Part shown: one piece after another, positions 17,978-27,497 of the stretch
Layout: every line of letters begins with the position of its first letter
How positions within the stretch are numbered: position 1 is the stretch's first letter
NCBI GenBank assembly: GCA_944377325.1
Contig: CALWEP010000035.1
Coordinates: forward strand, 1 to 43,396
DNA from: an uncultured Lachnospiraceae bacterium
Lineage (GTDB): Bacteria; Bacillota; Clostridia; Lachnospirales; Lachnospiraceae
Reading direction: 5' to 3'
Length of the DNA stretch: 43,396 nucleotides
Translations under genes and position numbers: made by a program
Notes under the pieces: model-generated
The model's input: only the letters and a program-made list of their open reading frames with translations
What the model was told of the DNA's origin: nothing
Database searches by the model: none

Positions 17978-18787
17978 ATGAGAGATGTGATTTCCCTGAT
18001 TAAGGAGATCCTGGGGAGAAGAAAGCTGATCTGCGATCTGGCTAAGGCAGATTTTAAAAAGCGGTTTGTAGGGTCCTACTTCGGCGTGGTTTGGATGTTT
18101 GTGCAGCCGGTGGTGACGGTGCTGATCTATTTCTGCATTTTCCAGCTGGGCTTTAAGAGCGTTCCTCCTGTTCCCGGGATTCCCTACGTCCTCTGGCTGG
18201 TGCCGGGCATCGTTCCCTGGTTCTTCTACAGCGAGGCTCTGAATACGGTGACGTCCTGTCTGCAGGAATACAGCTATCTGGTGAAAAAGGTGGTATTCCA
18301 GGTGGAGGTTCTGCCGGTGATCAAGCTGCTGTCCAGCCTGATGGTTCACGGCTTTTTTGTGCTGATCATGATTGCCATGGCTCTCTGCTACGGCCAGAGG
18401 CCCACGGCCACCTGGCTTCAGGTGATCTACTATACTTTTGCGGCTTCCATGCTGGCTCTGGGAATCGGATACTTTACCTGTGCGGTGAACGTATTCTTTA
18501 AGGACATGACCCAGATTGTGGGGATCTGCCTGCAGTTCGGCATGTGGCTGGTTCCCATTATGTATCAGGAGAGCATGTTTGCCGACGTGCCCGGGGTGAT
18601 GACTCTGCTGAAGCTGAACCCGTTCTACTATATTGTGGCGGGCTACAGGGACAGCATTCTGACGGGCCACTGGTTTTTTGAACGGCCTACTATGACTGTG
18701 TACTTCTGGGCTGTGACGCTGGTGCTGTTCCTGCTGGGGCTGAAGGTGTTCAAACGGCTGCGTCCCCACTTTTCGGACGTGCTGTGA
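17978..18787 (+). CDS. wzm: polysaccharide ABC transporter permease (Wzm/RgpC/TagG family)
   Basis: DFKKRFVGSYFGVVW, GIVPWFF, LVKKVVF, LNPFYYIV, FSDVL. Confidence 0.93.
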   Translation: MRDVISLIKEILGRRKLICDLAKADFKKRFVGSYFGVVWMFVQPVVTVLIYFCIFQLGFKSVPPVPGIPYVLWLVPGIVPWFFYSEALNTVTSCLQEYSYLVKKVVFQVEVLPVIKLLSSLMVHGFFVLIMIAMALCYGQRPTATWLQVIYYTFAASMLALGIGYFTCAVNVFFKDMTQIVGICLQFGMWLVPIMYQESMFADVPGVMTLLKLNPFYYIVAGYRDSILTGHWFFERPTMTVYFWAVTLVLFLLGLKVFKRLRPHFSDVL

Positions 18788-18802
18788 CGAGGATGGAAGA
18801 TT

Positions 18803-19402
18803 ATGCTGAAAAAGATTTTGCTGAGGGTGCCTTCTGAGGAAGGCGCTCTTTCCATTTCCGCGGAGGTGATCTATTCCGGACGGAAAACCATAGGTCTGGA
18901 GGTGACGGCGGAGGGCCTGGTGAAGGTGAGGGTGCCCTTTGGCACGGGCGATAAGGTCATAGAGGATTTTGTGCGGATGCGGGCCGGGTGGATCAAAGAA
19001 AAATACCTTCTGTTCCGGTCCCGGAAAGAAAAAAGAGAGGCGGCGGGAGAGAAGGACTATGAAAAAGATCCGGGGCTGGAGGCCCGATACCGGGAGCTGG
19101 CAGGAAAGGTGATCCGGCAGCGGGTTCTGTATTTTGCCGGAAAGATGGGAGTGACCTGCGGCAGGATCTCCATCCGGTCTCAGAAAACCAGATGGGGGAG
19201 CTGCAGCGGTCAGGGAAACCTGAACTTCAACTGGAAGCTGGTGCTCATGCCCCCGGAGATTCTGGATTATGTGGTGGTCCATGAGCTGGCTCACAGGAAG
19301 CAGATGAATCATTCTCCTCTGTTCTGGGCGGAGGTGGAGCGGATTCTTCCGGACTACCGGAGCAGACGGCAGTGGCTTAGAGAGCACGGCCGGGAGGTAT
19401 GA
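18803..19402 (+). CDS. YgjP/DUF45 (M48-like) zinc metalloprotein
   Basis: RKTIGLEV, QKTRWGSCS, LNFNWKL, YVVVHELAH, NHSPLFW. Confidence 0.9.
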   Translation: MLKKILLRVPSEEGALSISAEVIYSGRKTIGLEVTAEGLVKVRVPFGTGDKVIEDFVRMRAGWIKEKYLLFRSRKEKREAAGEKDYEKDPGLEARYRELAGKVIRQRVLYFAGKMGVTCGRISIRSQKTRWGSCSGQGNLNFNWKLVLMPPEILDYVVVHELAHRKQMNHSPLFWAEVERILPDYRSRRQWLREHGREV

Positions 19403-19419
19403 GCAGACGGCAGGCCGGC

Positions 19420-19464
19420 AAAAGAGGGACGGGCGGGAACGCTTACAGCGTTCTCGCCCGTTCT
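19420..19464. terminator. terminator hairpin between convergent ygjP-like and mgsA genes, overlapping the mgsA stop
   Basis: gggacgggcgggaacgct (19426-19443) pairs with agcgttctcgcccgttct (19447-19464); A-run at 19420-19423 gives a U-tail on the minus strand. Confidence 0.7.
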
Positions 19465-19907
19465 GCGATGTTCTGGTGGAAATTGATGATTTTATGCTCA
19501 TATTCTTCGCTCATAAAGGATGAGGTAATCAGGAAATCGGCGGTGGCCTTGTTGTTGGCGATGGGGATGTCATAGACCTGAGCGATCCGCAGCAGGGCCT
19601 TTACATCCGGGTCATGGGGCTGAGCTGTGAGCGGATCGGAGAAGAATACCACAAAATCCACCCGTCCCTCCACAATCTTGGCTCCGATCTGCTGGTCGCC
19701 GCCTAAGGGGCCGCTGTTGTAGCCCTTCACGGGAAGTCCCGTAGCCTCTGTGATCATTCTGGCGGTGGTTCCCGTACCGCAGAGGAAATGCCCCTTTAAG
19801 ATCTCCTTGTGCTCCCGGCACCAGTCGATCATTTCATGCTTCTTGCTGTCATGGGCAATCAGAGCGATATTTTTCTGTTTGCCGATGGTCATTGTCAGAA
19901 AATCCAT
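19443..19907 (-). CDS. mgsA: methylglyoxal synthase
   Basis: IALIAHD..K, GTGTT, SGPLGGDQQIG, DPLTAQPHDPDV, ANNKATAD. Confidence 0.96.
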   Translation of the reverse strand: MDFLTMTIGKQKNIALIAHDSKKHEMIDWCREHKEILKGHFLCGTGTTARMITEATGLPVKGYNSGPLGGDQQIGAKIVEGRVDFVVFFSDPLTAQPHDPDVKALLRIAQVYDIPIANNKATADFLITSSFMSEEYEHKIINFHQNIAERARTL

Positions 19908-19958
19908 AGATAATCCCTCCTTTGGGATGCGTTTTTAGATTTCGGGTTGTACAATTCG

Positions 19959-20057
19959 ATTCTGTCATACAAAAAAGGAAATTGTCAAGCAAATTTGTGT
20001 GAAGTTTCTGCGTCCTTGGGAAAAATGGTGTAAAATCCTGCCATGTTGTGGTATAAT
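19959..20057. promoter_or_regulatory. divergent promoters for mgsA (minus) and the wzt operon (plus)
   Basis: minus: TTGACA (19988-19983) N18 CAGAAT with extended TG; plus: extended -10 TGGTATAAT (20049-20057). Confidence 0.6.
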
Positions 20058-20088
20058 AACTCCCAAACTATGCTTTTTGGAGGAAGCC

Positions 20089-21417
20089 ATGTCAGGCGAA
20101 TATGCGATTAACGTCCGGGATGTGACGAAAATATACAAGCTTTATGATAAGCCCATTGACCGGCTTAAGGAATCTTTAAATCCCCTGCACCGGAATTATC
20201 ACAGGGATTTTTATGCCCTGAGGAATATTTCCTTTCAGGTGAAAAAGGGGGAGACGGTGGGAATCATCGGAACCAACGGGTCGGGAAAATCCACCATTCT
20301 GAAGATCATCACCGGCGTGCTCACCCCTACGGAGGGAACGGCGGAGGTGGACGGAGTGATCTCCGCCCTGCTGGAGCTGGGAGCCGGATTCAATATGGAT
20401 TATACAGGTATTGAGAATATTTATATGAACGGCACTATGATGGGATTTTCCAGAAAAGAGATGGATGAAAAGCTTCAGGATATTCTGGATTTCGCAGACA
20501 TCGGGGATTTTGTCTATCAGCCGGTAAAGACCTATTCCAGCGGTATGTTCGTACGGCTGGCTTTTGCTCTGGCCATCAACGTGGAGCCGGAGATCCTGAT
20601 CGTAGACGAGGCCCTGTCTGTGGGGGACGTATTTTTCCAGGCAAAGTGCTACCGGCGGATGGAAGAGATCCGCAAAAGCGGTACCACGATCCTGATGGTG
20701 ACCCATGACATGGGCAGCATTATCAAATACTGTGATAAGGTGGTTCTTCTCAACAAGGGAGAATTTGTGGCGGAGGGAGCGCCCGGCCGCATGGTGGATC
20801 TGTACAAGAAGATCCTTGCAGGTCAGATGGAGTCCCTGAAGGAGGAGTTGGAGGAACTGAATGACTTTTCCGGCGATAAGGCTCTGGAGGATAAGGAGTT
20901 TGAAAAGGAGCAGAGGACGGAGGGAGGTCTGATGCGGGACAAAATCGCGGTGAACGCCAACCGTACGGAATACGGCGACGGACGGGCGGAGATCTTCGAT
21001 TTCGGCCTTGAGGACCAGAGAGGAAATTTAAGCAACCTGATTCTGAAGGGAGAGATGTTTACCATCCGGGAGAAGATCCGGTTCCACGCTGAGATCAAGG
21101 CTCCGATTTTTACCTATACCATCAAGGACAAAAAGGGTACCAGTCTGACGGGGACAAATACCATGTATGAGGGAACGGATATCAAGCCGGTGAAGCAGGG
21201 GGATATGTATGAAATTGCCTTCACTCAGAAGATGACCCTTCAGGGAGGAGAGTATCTGCTCTCCATGAGCTGTACGGGCTTTGAGGGAGAGGAGCATGTG
21301 GTATACCATCGCCTCTATGACGTGGCCAGCATTACGGTAATCTCCAATAAAAATACCGTAGGCGTTTATGATATGGAATCGGCGGTGGAAGCAAAACTGA
21401 CGAAAGGCGGGGAATAG
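20089..21417 (+). CDS. wzt: polysaccharide ABC transporter ATPase with C-terminal Wzt_C carbohydrate-binding module
   Basis: Walker A GTNGSGKST, YSSGM signature, Walker B ILIVDEALSVGD, VTHD; beta-rich C-terminal extension after YGDGRAEI; start 20089 behind SD GGAGG. Confidence 0.93.
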   Translation: MSGEYAINVRDVTKIYKLYDKPIDRLKESLNPLHRNYHRDFYALRNISFQVKKGETVGIIGTNGSGKSTILKIITGVLTPTEGTAEVDGVISALLELGAGFNMDYTGIENIYMNGTMMGFSRKEMDEKLQDILDFADIGDFVYQPVKTYSSGMFVRLAFALAINVEPEILIVDEALSVGDVFFQAKCYRRMEEIRKSGTTILMVTHDMGSIIKYCDKVVLLNKGEFVAEGAPGRMVDLYKKILAGQMESLKEELEELNDFSGDKALEDKEFEKEQRTEGGLMRDKIAVNANRTEYGDGRAEIFDFGLEDQRGNLSNLILKGEMFTIREKIRFHAEIKAPIFTYTIKDKKGTSLTGTNTMYEGTDIKPVKQGDMYEIAFTQKMTLQGGEYLLSMSCTGFEGEEHVVYHRLYDVASITVISNKNTVGVYDMESAVEAKLTKGGE

Positions 21418-21420
21418 CGG

Positions 21421-22185
21421 ATGGAACAGACGGCAAAGGAGCTGCTCAGGCTTCTGGAGGAATACGGCGGCGACGAAAAAAAGCTTCTGGAGGAGCATAA
21501 GGAGCTGGAGTTTTTCTATGCCCTGTCAGACATAAGAGAAAACCTGCTGGAGTGGTTCCCTTTTGAAAAGGAGTGGAAGCTTCTGCAGATCGGGTCCGGT
21601 TTGGGCGCTCTGACCGGACTGCTTGCCCGGAAAGCGGGGCAGGTGACGGTGGTCTGCGCCGACGGAGAGGATCTGGAGGTGAACCGGCGGCGGTGGGAAG
21701 AGCTGGGAAATATTCGGTATGTGAACAGCAGTCCGGAGGAATACGCGGAGCAGGAAAAGGGGATCGGCTTTGACTGTGTGGTCATAGCGGACGGTCTGGG
21801 GGAAAACCCGGAGCAGACCCTTTCCCTGGCGAAGGAGCTGGTCGGGCCGGAGGGAGTGCTTCTGGCGGCGGCGGACAATCCCCTGGGCTTAAAGCATTGG
21901 GCGGGAGCGCCGAAGGAGACGGGAGCCATAGGCCTGGAGAGGCTGAGGACGCTGCTTCCCGGAGGAGAGTGCTATTATCCTCTGCCGGATTACCGGACTG
22001 CCTGGGAGATCTATTCCGATCACCGCCTTCCGGCAAAGGGGGATCTGACGGGAATGGTGATTTCCTACGACTATCCTCAGTTTCTGCGGACAGATGTGGG
22101 GGCGTCCTGGGACAGGATCTGTCAGGAGGAAAGCTTTCCCCAGTTTGCCAATTCTTACTTAATGGTTTGGAGGAGACATGGCTGA
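21421..22185 (+). CDS. class I SAM-dependent methyltransferase-like protein
   Basis: RENLLEW, motif I LQIGSGLGALT, FDCVV, ADNPLGLKHWAG, YYPLPDY, FANSYL; stop overlaps the next start. Confidence 0.75.
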   Translation: MEQTAKELLRLLEEYGGDEKKLLEEHKELEFFYALSDIRENLLEWFPFEKEWKLLQIGSGLGALTGLLARKAGQVTVVCADGEDLEVNRRRWEELGNIRYVNSSPEEYAEQEKGIGFDCVVIADGLGENPEQTLSLAKELVGPEGVLLAAADNPLGLKHWAGAPKETGAIGLERLRTLLPGGECYYPLPDYRTAWEIYSDHRLPAKGDLTGMVISYDYPQFLRTDVGASWDRICQEESFPQFANSYLMVWRRHG

Positions 22186-25100
22186 CATCGCATATATTAA
22201 ATACAATCGCACCAGAAAAGAAGAATTTCAGATAAAAACGGAGATTATCCGGGAGGACGGACAGCTTTGGGTGGAAAAATGGGCTCTTTCCGAAAAGGGG
22301 GCGGACCATATCCGTTCCTTCCGGGATAAGTATGAGGCCCTGAAACGGCAGCATGTTCACCTGAAGGCGGCGGAGCCTCAGGTATCAGAGGACGGAATGC
22401 GCGTCCGGTTTGCCTACATCACCGGGCAGACCCTGGCGGAAAAGCTGGGAGAGGAGATCAGCCGGGGACAGGCTCCGCTGGAGGCCATAAAGGCTGCCGC
22501 AGAAAAGATCTGTGAGGTGAGGCCGGAATATCTGGCTCCTTTCCGGATTACAGACCGGCTGACGGAGGTGTTCGGACCGGTACCGAAATTTGCGGACCGG
22601 TCCATGGCGGTGTCCAATATAGACGCCCTTATGGAAAATATTCTTGTGACGGAGGACGGATGGTACTTCCTGGACTATGAATGGGTTTACGACTTTCCCG
22701 TACCTCTGGGGTTTGTGAAATACCGCATTCTGTTTTATTTTTACAGAAAGTACGGAAGTCTGATGGAATATGAAAGCGCGGAGGACTTCTTAAAGGAATT
22801 CGGCATGGACGGGGAACAGCTGGAGGCCTACGGAGATATGGAGGCGGCTTTTCAGCAGTATGTTCACGGGGACAACCAGGACCGGTATCTGCTGGATTAC
22901 CGGAAGGATTACCGTCCGGTGGAGCAGCTGGAGGAAGAGCATGAGGAGCTTCTGGAGGCCAGAAAGCAGCTCTGCCGTTTGAACGATGCGGAATTTGAGC
23001 TGCACAATGCCACCACGGAGCTGAACAAGCTGAAGGAGGTTCACCGGCTGACGGAAAATCACGTCCACAACCTGGAGGTGATCATCGGAGATCTGCGCCG
23101 GGAGAACGGGGTGATGGCGCAGACTATCGCCGTGCTGGGCAGCCATATTTCCGTGCCGTACCGGATCAGGAGAAAGCTGGGTACCGTGTTCAACCGGAAA
23201 TTCCCCAAGGGGACCAGAAAGAGAAAGATTCTTTCCTACTGCAAGAATACGGTGCTTCATCCGGTGAAATATATCGGACTTTATACCTCCGAGGACGGCA
23301 GAAACCGGATCCGCGGAGACTTTGAGATCGGCGAAGAGTACTTCGTTCACGGCATGGTCCGCCTGCCGGCAGAAGAGCATCCGCTGGTATCCATTGTGAT
23401 TCCGGTGTACAACCAGATCCACTACACCTACGCCTGCCTGCGGTCCATTGAGGAGCATACGAAGGACGTTCCCTATGAGGTGATTATCGCCGACGATGTG
23501 TCCACGGACGCCACGAAGGAGCTTTCCCGGTATGCGGAAAATGCGGTGATCCGCAGAAACAGCGTGAACCAGGGCTTTCTGGGCAACTGCAATCAGGCTG
23601 CGGAGGCGGCCCGGGGAAAATACATCCTGTTTCTGAACAACGATACCCAGGTGACGGAGGGCTGGCTTTCCTCCCTGGTGAAACTCATAGAATCCGATCC
23701 CTCCATCGGTATGGTGGGCTCCAAGCTGGTCTATCCTGACGGGCGGCTGCAGGAGGCGGGAGGAATTATCTGGAGCGACGGCTCCGGCTGGAACTACGGC
23801 CGCATGGATGATCCGGACAAGCCGGAGTACAACTATGTGAAGGATGTGGACTATATTTCCGGCGCTTCCATCATGCTTCCCGTGCAGCTGTGGAAACAGA
23901 TCGGAGGATTTGACAAACGGTACGCTCCCGCTTACTGCGAGGATGCGGATCTGGCCTTTGAGGTGAGAAAGGCAGGCTACCGGGTGGTATATCAGCCGCT
24001 GTCCAAGGTGATCCATTTTGAGGGCGTGTCTAACGGCACGGATGTGAACGGCACGGGCCTGAAGCGCTATCAGGTGGAAAACAGCAGAAAGCTGAGAGAA
24101 AAATGGGCGGAAGAATTTAAGAATCAGTATGAGAATACGGGCAATCCCGATCCCTTCCGGGCAAGGGAGAGAAGCCGGGGCAAACAGATCGTGCTGGTGG
24201 TGGACCACTATGTGCCCACCTTTGATAAGGATGCCGGTTCCAAATGTACCTTCCAGTACATGAAGATGTTTGTGGAAAAAGGATTTGTGGTGAAATTCCT
24301 TGGGGATAACTATGCCCATGAGGAACCCTATACCACGGCTCTGGAGCAGCTGGGAATCGAGGTGCTTTACGGAGAAACTTACCGCACCGGCATCTGGGAC
24401 TGGCTGGAGAAGCATGGGAAGGACATTGCCTTCGCCTATCTGAACCGTCCTCATATTGCGGTGAAATACATTGACTTCATCAGAGAGCATACGGACATCA
24501 AAGTGCTCTATTTCGGCCACGATCTCCACTTCCTCCGGGAAACCAGGGAGTATGAGATCACGGGAGATGAGGAGAAGAAGAAATCCGCCGACTACTGGCG
24601 TTCCGTGGAGCTGTCTCTGATGAAAAAGACGGATATGGCTTATTATCCCTCCTACGTGGAACGGGATCTGATCCATGACATCAGCCCGAAGATCCGGGTG
24701 AAGGACATTCCCCTGTACGTCTATGAGACTTTTAAGGAACAGCTGGATGAGAACTTTGAGGAAAAAGAGGGCCTGCTGTTTGTGGGAGGCTTCGGCCATC
24801 CGCCTAACGCGGACGCCGTGCTCTGGTTTGTGAAGGAAGTATTCCCCCTGATCCGGGAAAAGCTGACGGTAAATTTCTATATTGTAGGTTCCAAGGTCAC
24901 GGAAGAGATCAAGGCTCTGGAACAGCCGGGGAACGGCGTGGTGGTAAAGGGCTTTGTTACGGACGAGGAGCTGGAGGAGCTGTACCGGAAGTGCCGGATC
25001 GTGGTGGTTCCCCTTCGCTATGGCGCGGGAATCAAGGGAAAGGTGCTGGAGGCCATGTACAACGGGGCGGCGGTGGTGACCACCTCCATCGGCGCGGAAG

Positions 25101-25288
25101 GCATCAAGGATTCTCAGGAGGTTCTGACGGTGGAGGACGAGGCAGAGGCCTTTGCCCGGGCAGTGACGGAGCTTTACGGGGATCCGGACCGGTGCCGGAG
25201 AATCTCCGCTCAGACTCAGGTATACATGAAGGAACATTTCAGCCTGGACGCAGTGTGGAACTGTATCCGGGAAGATTTTACCAGATAA
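22178..25288 (+). CDS. multidomain protein: kinase-like (APH/ChoK fold) domain + coiled coil + GT2 + GT4
   Basis: NIDALMENIL...FLDYEW; heptad-rich helix at about aa 245-320; GT2 VSIVIPVYNQ, FLNNDT, LQEAGG, YCEDADL; GT4 FVGGFGHPPN, PLRYGAGIKGKVLEAM. Confidence 0.85.
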   Translation: MADIAYIKYNRTRKEEFQIKTEIIREDGQLWVEKWALSEKGADHIRSFRDKYEALKRQHVHLKAAEPQVSEDGMRVRFAYITGQTLAEKLGEEISRGQAPLEAIKAAAEKICEVRPEYLAPFRITDRLTEVFGPVPKFADRSMAVSNIDALMENILVTEDGWYFLDYEWVYDFPVPLGFVKYRILFYFYRKYGSLMEYESAEDFLKEFGMDGEQLEAYGDMEAAFQQYVHGDNQDRYLLDYRKDYRPVEQLEEEHEELLEARKQLCRLNDAEFELHNATTELNKLKEVHRLTENHVHNLEVIIGDLRRENGVMAQTIAVLGSHISVPYRIRRKLGTVFNRKFPKGTRKRKILSYCKNTVLHPVKYIGLYTSEDGRNRIRGDFEIGEEYFVHGMVRLPAEEHPLVSIVIPVYNQIHYTYACLRSIEEHTKDVPYEVIIADDVSTDATKELSRYAENAVIRRNSVNQGFLGNCNQAAEAARGKYILFLNNDTQVTEGWLSSLVKLIESDPSIGMVGSKLVYPDGRLQEAGGIIWSDGSGWNYGRMDDPDKPEYNYVKDVDYISGASIMLPVQLWKQIGGFDKRYAPAYCEDADLAFEVRKAGYRVVYQPLSKVIHFEGVSNGTDVNGTGLKRYQVENSRKLREKWAEEFKNQYENTGNPDPFRARERSRGKQIVLVVDHYVPTFDKDAGSKCTFQYMKMFVEKGFVVKFLGDNYAHEEPYTTALEQLGIEVLYGETYRTGIWDWLEKHGKDIAFAYLNRPHIAVKYIDFIREHTDIKVLYFGHDLHFLRETREYEITGDEEKKKSADYWRSVELSLMKKTDMAYYPSYVERDLIHDISPKIRVKDIPLYVYETFKEQLDENFEEKEGLLFVGGFGHPPNADAVLWFVKEVFPLIREKLTVNFYIVGSKVTEEIKALEQPGNGVVVKGFVTDEELEELYRKCRIVVVPLRYGAGIKGKVLEAMYNGAAVVTTSIGAEGIKDSQEVLTVEDEAEAFARAVTELYGDPDRCRRISAQTQVYMKEHFSLDAVWNCIREDFTR

Positions 25289-25297
25289 GGAGGGACC

Positions 25298-26080
25298 ATG
25301 ACTCATACTTTTGCCGTATGTGCGTACGGGGATTCCCCCTATCTGGAAAACTGTCTCCGCTCCCTGGAGAAGCAGGAGGGGAGCGGGGATATCATCCTCT
25401 GCACCTCCACGCCCAGCCGCTTTATCGAAGAAACGGCACAGCGCCACGGGATTCCTCTCTATGTGCGGGAGGGAAAGAGCGATATTCAGGAGGACTGGAA
25501 CTTCGCCTACAATCAGGCGGAGGGAGATCTGGTGACCTTGGCGCACCAGGACGATATGTATCATAAGGATTACAGAAAGGTTCTGCTGGAGCAGGCGGAA
25601 AAATATCCGGATATGACGGTGTTTGCTACGGATTACGCCACTGTAAAGGGAACCAGGCTGATGAAGGGGAAAGGAACGGTGGAATGGGTAAAGGTTCTGC
25701 TCCGCCTTCCCCTGGCCCGTCCGGAGTGGAGCGATCGGACCTGGGTGAAGCGGGCGGCTCTGATTTTCGGGAATCCCATCTGCTGTCCGTCGTGCACCTA
25801 CAATAAAAAGCTTCTGGGAGAAAGCCTGTTCCGGTCGGAATTCCGGTATGTGCTGGACTGGGATACCTTATGGAGACTGGCGGGCGAAAAGGGGCGGTTT
25901 GTCTGTGCGGAACGGCCGCTGATCTATTACCGCGTCCATGACGGCGCCACCACGAAGCAGTGGATCGGAGACAACCGGCGGACGGAGGAGGAGCTGGCCA
26001 TGTTCCGGAAGTTCTGGCCGGAGCCGGCGGTGAAACTGATCGAATCATTTTACAGGAAGGCGTATAAAGCATATGACTGA
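25298..26080 (+). CDS. GT2/GT-A glycosyltransferase
   Basis: HTFAVCAY, DWNFAY, LAHQDD, GNPICCPS, LDWD, YRVHDG. Confidence 0.85.
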   Translation: MTHTFAVCAYGDSPYLENCLRSLEKQEGSGDIILCTSTPSRFIEETAQRHGIPLYVREGKSDIQEDWNFAYNQAEGDLVTLAHQDDMYHKDYRKVLLEQAEKYPDMTVFATDYATVKGTRLMKGKGTVEWVKVLLRLPLARPEWSDRTWVKRAALIFGNPICCPSCTYNKKLLGESLFRSEFRYVLDWDTLWRLAGEKGRFVCAERPLIYYRVHDGATTKQWIGDNRRTEEELAMFRKFWPEPAVKLIESFYRKAYKAYD

Positions 26081-27446
26081 CAGAAGGCTTTGGTGGATGT
26101 ACGCCGGAATCCCCGTTCTGGGATTCGGCTTCATTCTCTGGTATATTATGACGGCCACCTGCGACGCGGCCTATTCCGATTATATAAGGCAGATTCTGTC
26201 CTATCTGCCGGACGTGTGGAATCCGGAAAAATTTTTTGTGCCGGATATCCTGACCCGGATTCCCGTGAATTTTCCCGTGCGGGCCTTCAATGTGTCCGTG
26301 CTGGGCTTTTCCGTTACGTTCGACCTGGTGCTGGGGGCTCTGGGCCTTGGCCTGGCCGGCCTGGTGCTGGGGTCCTACTGTTTTCACAGACAGGTGGGGG
26401 CGGGATGGTTTCTTCTTCTCATGTTCCTGTTTTACAGTCTGAACAAGTGGGAAATGCTCACCAACGGAACGGGGTGGGTACATTTTCTCGCTTTTGCCGG
26501 ATTTTACTATCACTATCTGGTGCTGGACAGAACGGAAGCGGGAGAAGGGAAAAAGGGGGACAGCCTCAGGCTGCTGGTTCTTCCCTTTGTGATCACTCTG
26601 GTGATTGCCGGGCCTTACTGTGCCGTATATTCGGGGGTTCTTCTGCTGACTTACGGCTTTCTGGCAGTGAAGAAGCGCCGGGAGAGAGGAAGCTGGGACC
26701 GGACCTGGGTGATCCGGGCGGCCTGCGTGCTGATTCCCCTGATTCTGTACATGATCAGCAGCTCCATGGCGGTTTACGAGCACACCGGGGCCTATACCGG
26801 TCCCCTGCTGCCGGTGCTGCTGGAGCAGCCGGGGATGTTTGTGAAGTTTTTCATCAAATCCTTCGGCGGCATGGTGATGGAAAAAGAGACTCTGGAATAC
26901 GGGGTGAATATGGGATATTTCCCCTACGCCCTTGTCTATGTCATGGGGCTGGGGGTTATGGCCGCCTATCTGGGAGCTCTTTGGCTGAATGCGCGCTTCC
27001 GTCTTTATGAGAGAACCCTGTTTCCTCTGATTCTCATTCTGGCGGGAGGAATGAACCATGTGCTGATCCTGCTTTCCCGCTGGATCTTCCTCAGAGACGA
27101 CTACGGCATGAGCGCCCGCTATGCCCTTCAGTTCCAGGTGGGGATCCTGGGAATCGTGCTCACCTGCGCGCTGCTGTGGAAGGAGATCGGAAACAAGGCC
27201 TTCAAGGGGCTGATCATTGCCTGGTGCGTGATGATGGCCGCAGGAAACGGATTTACGGATTATAAGGAGATTCTCACCGCGCCCGGGCGGAAGGCCTGGG
27301 GAGAGGCGGTGAAGGAAATGGCCGGCCACCCGGAGGATTTCACCGACGAGGAGCTGGAATATCAGTTCCAGTACGGAAGCGGGGAAAAAATACGCCGGGC
27401 CATGGAAATATTGGAAGAGAACCATTTGAATATGTACAGGCAGTGA
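26073..27446 (+). CDS. polytopic membrane protein, possible GT-C side-chain transferase
   Basis: About 11 hydrophobic segments with an Asp-containing loop after TM1 (YSDYIR) and a late ARY motif; between glycosyltransferase and nucleotide-sugar genes. Confidence 0.6.
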   Translation: MTDRRLWWMYAGIPVLGFGFILWYIMTATCDAAYSDYIRQILSYLPDVWNPEKFFVPDILTRIPVNFPVRAFNVSVLGFSVTFDLVLGALGLGLAGLVLGSYCFHRQVGAGWFLLLMFLFYSLNKWEMLTNGTGWVHFLAFAGFYYHYLVLDRTEAGEGKKGDSLRLLVLPFVITLVIAGPYCAVYSGVLLLTYGFLAVKKRRERGSWDRTWVIRAACVLIPLILYMISSSMAVYEHTGAYTGPLLPVLLEQPGMFVKFFIKSFGGMVMEKETLEYGVNMGYFPYALVYVMGLGVMAAYLGALWLNARFRLYERTLFPLILILAGGMNHVLILLSRWIFLRDDYGMSARYALQFQVGILGIVLTCALLWKEIGNKAFKGLIIAWCVMMAAGNGFTDYKEILTAPGRKAWGEAVKEMAGHPEDFTDEELEYQFQYGSGEKIRRAMEILEENHLNMYRQ

Positions 27447-27497
27447 GAAGGCATCCGAGGAGAGGATGGACAGCCTGGGAAGCTGGAGGAAGATATT

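Noticed and set aside
18803-19402. YgjP/DUF45 gene as a marker of a type I restriction or other defence island
   Set aside because: No hsdR/M/S or other defence genes nearby
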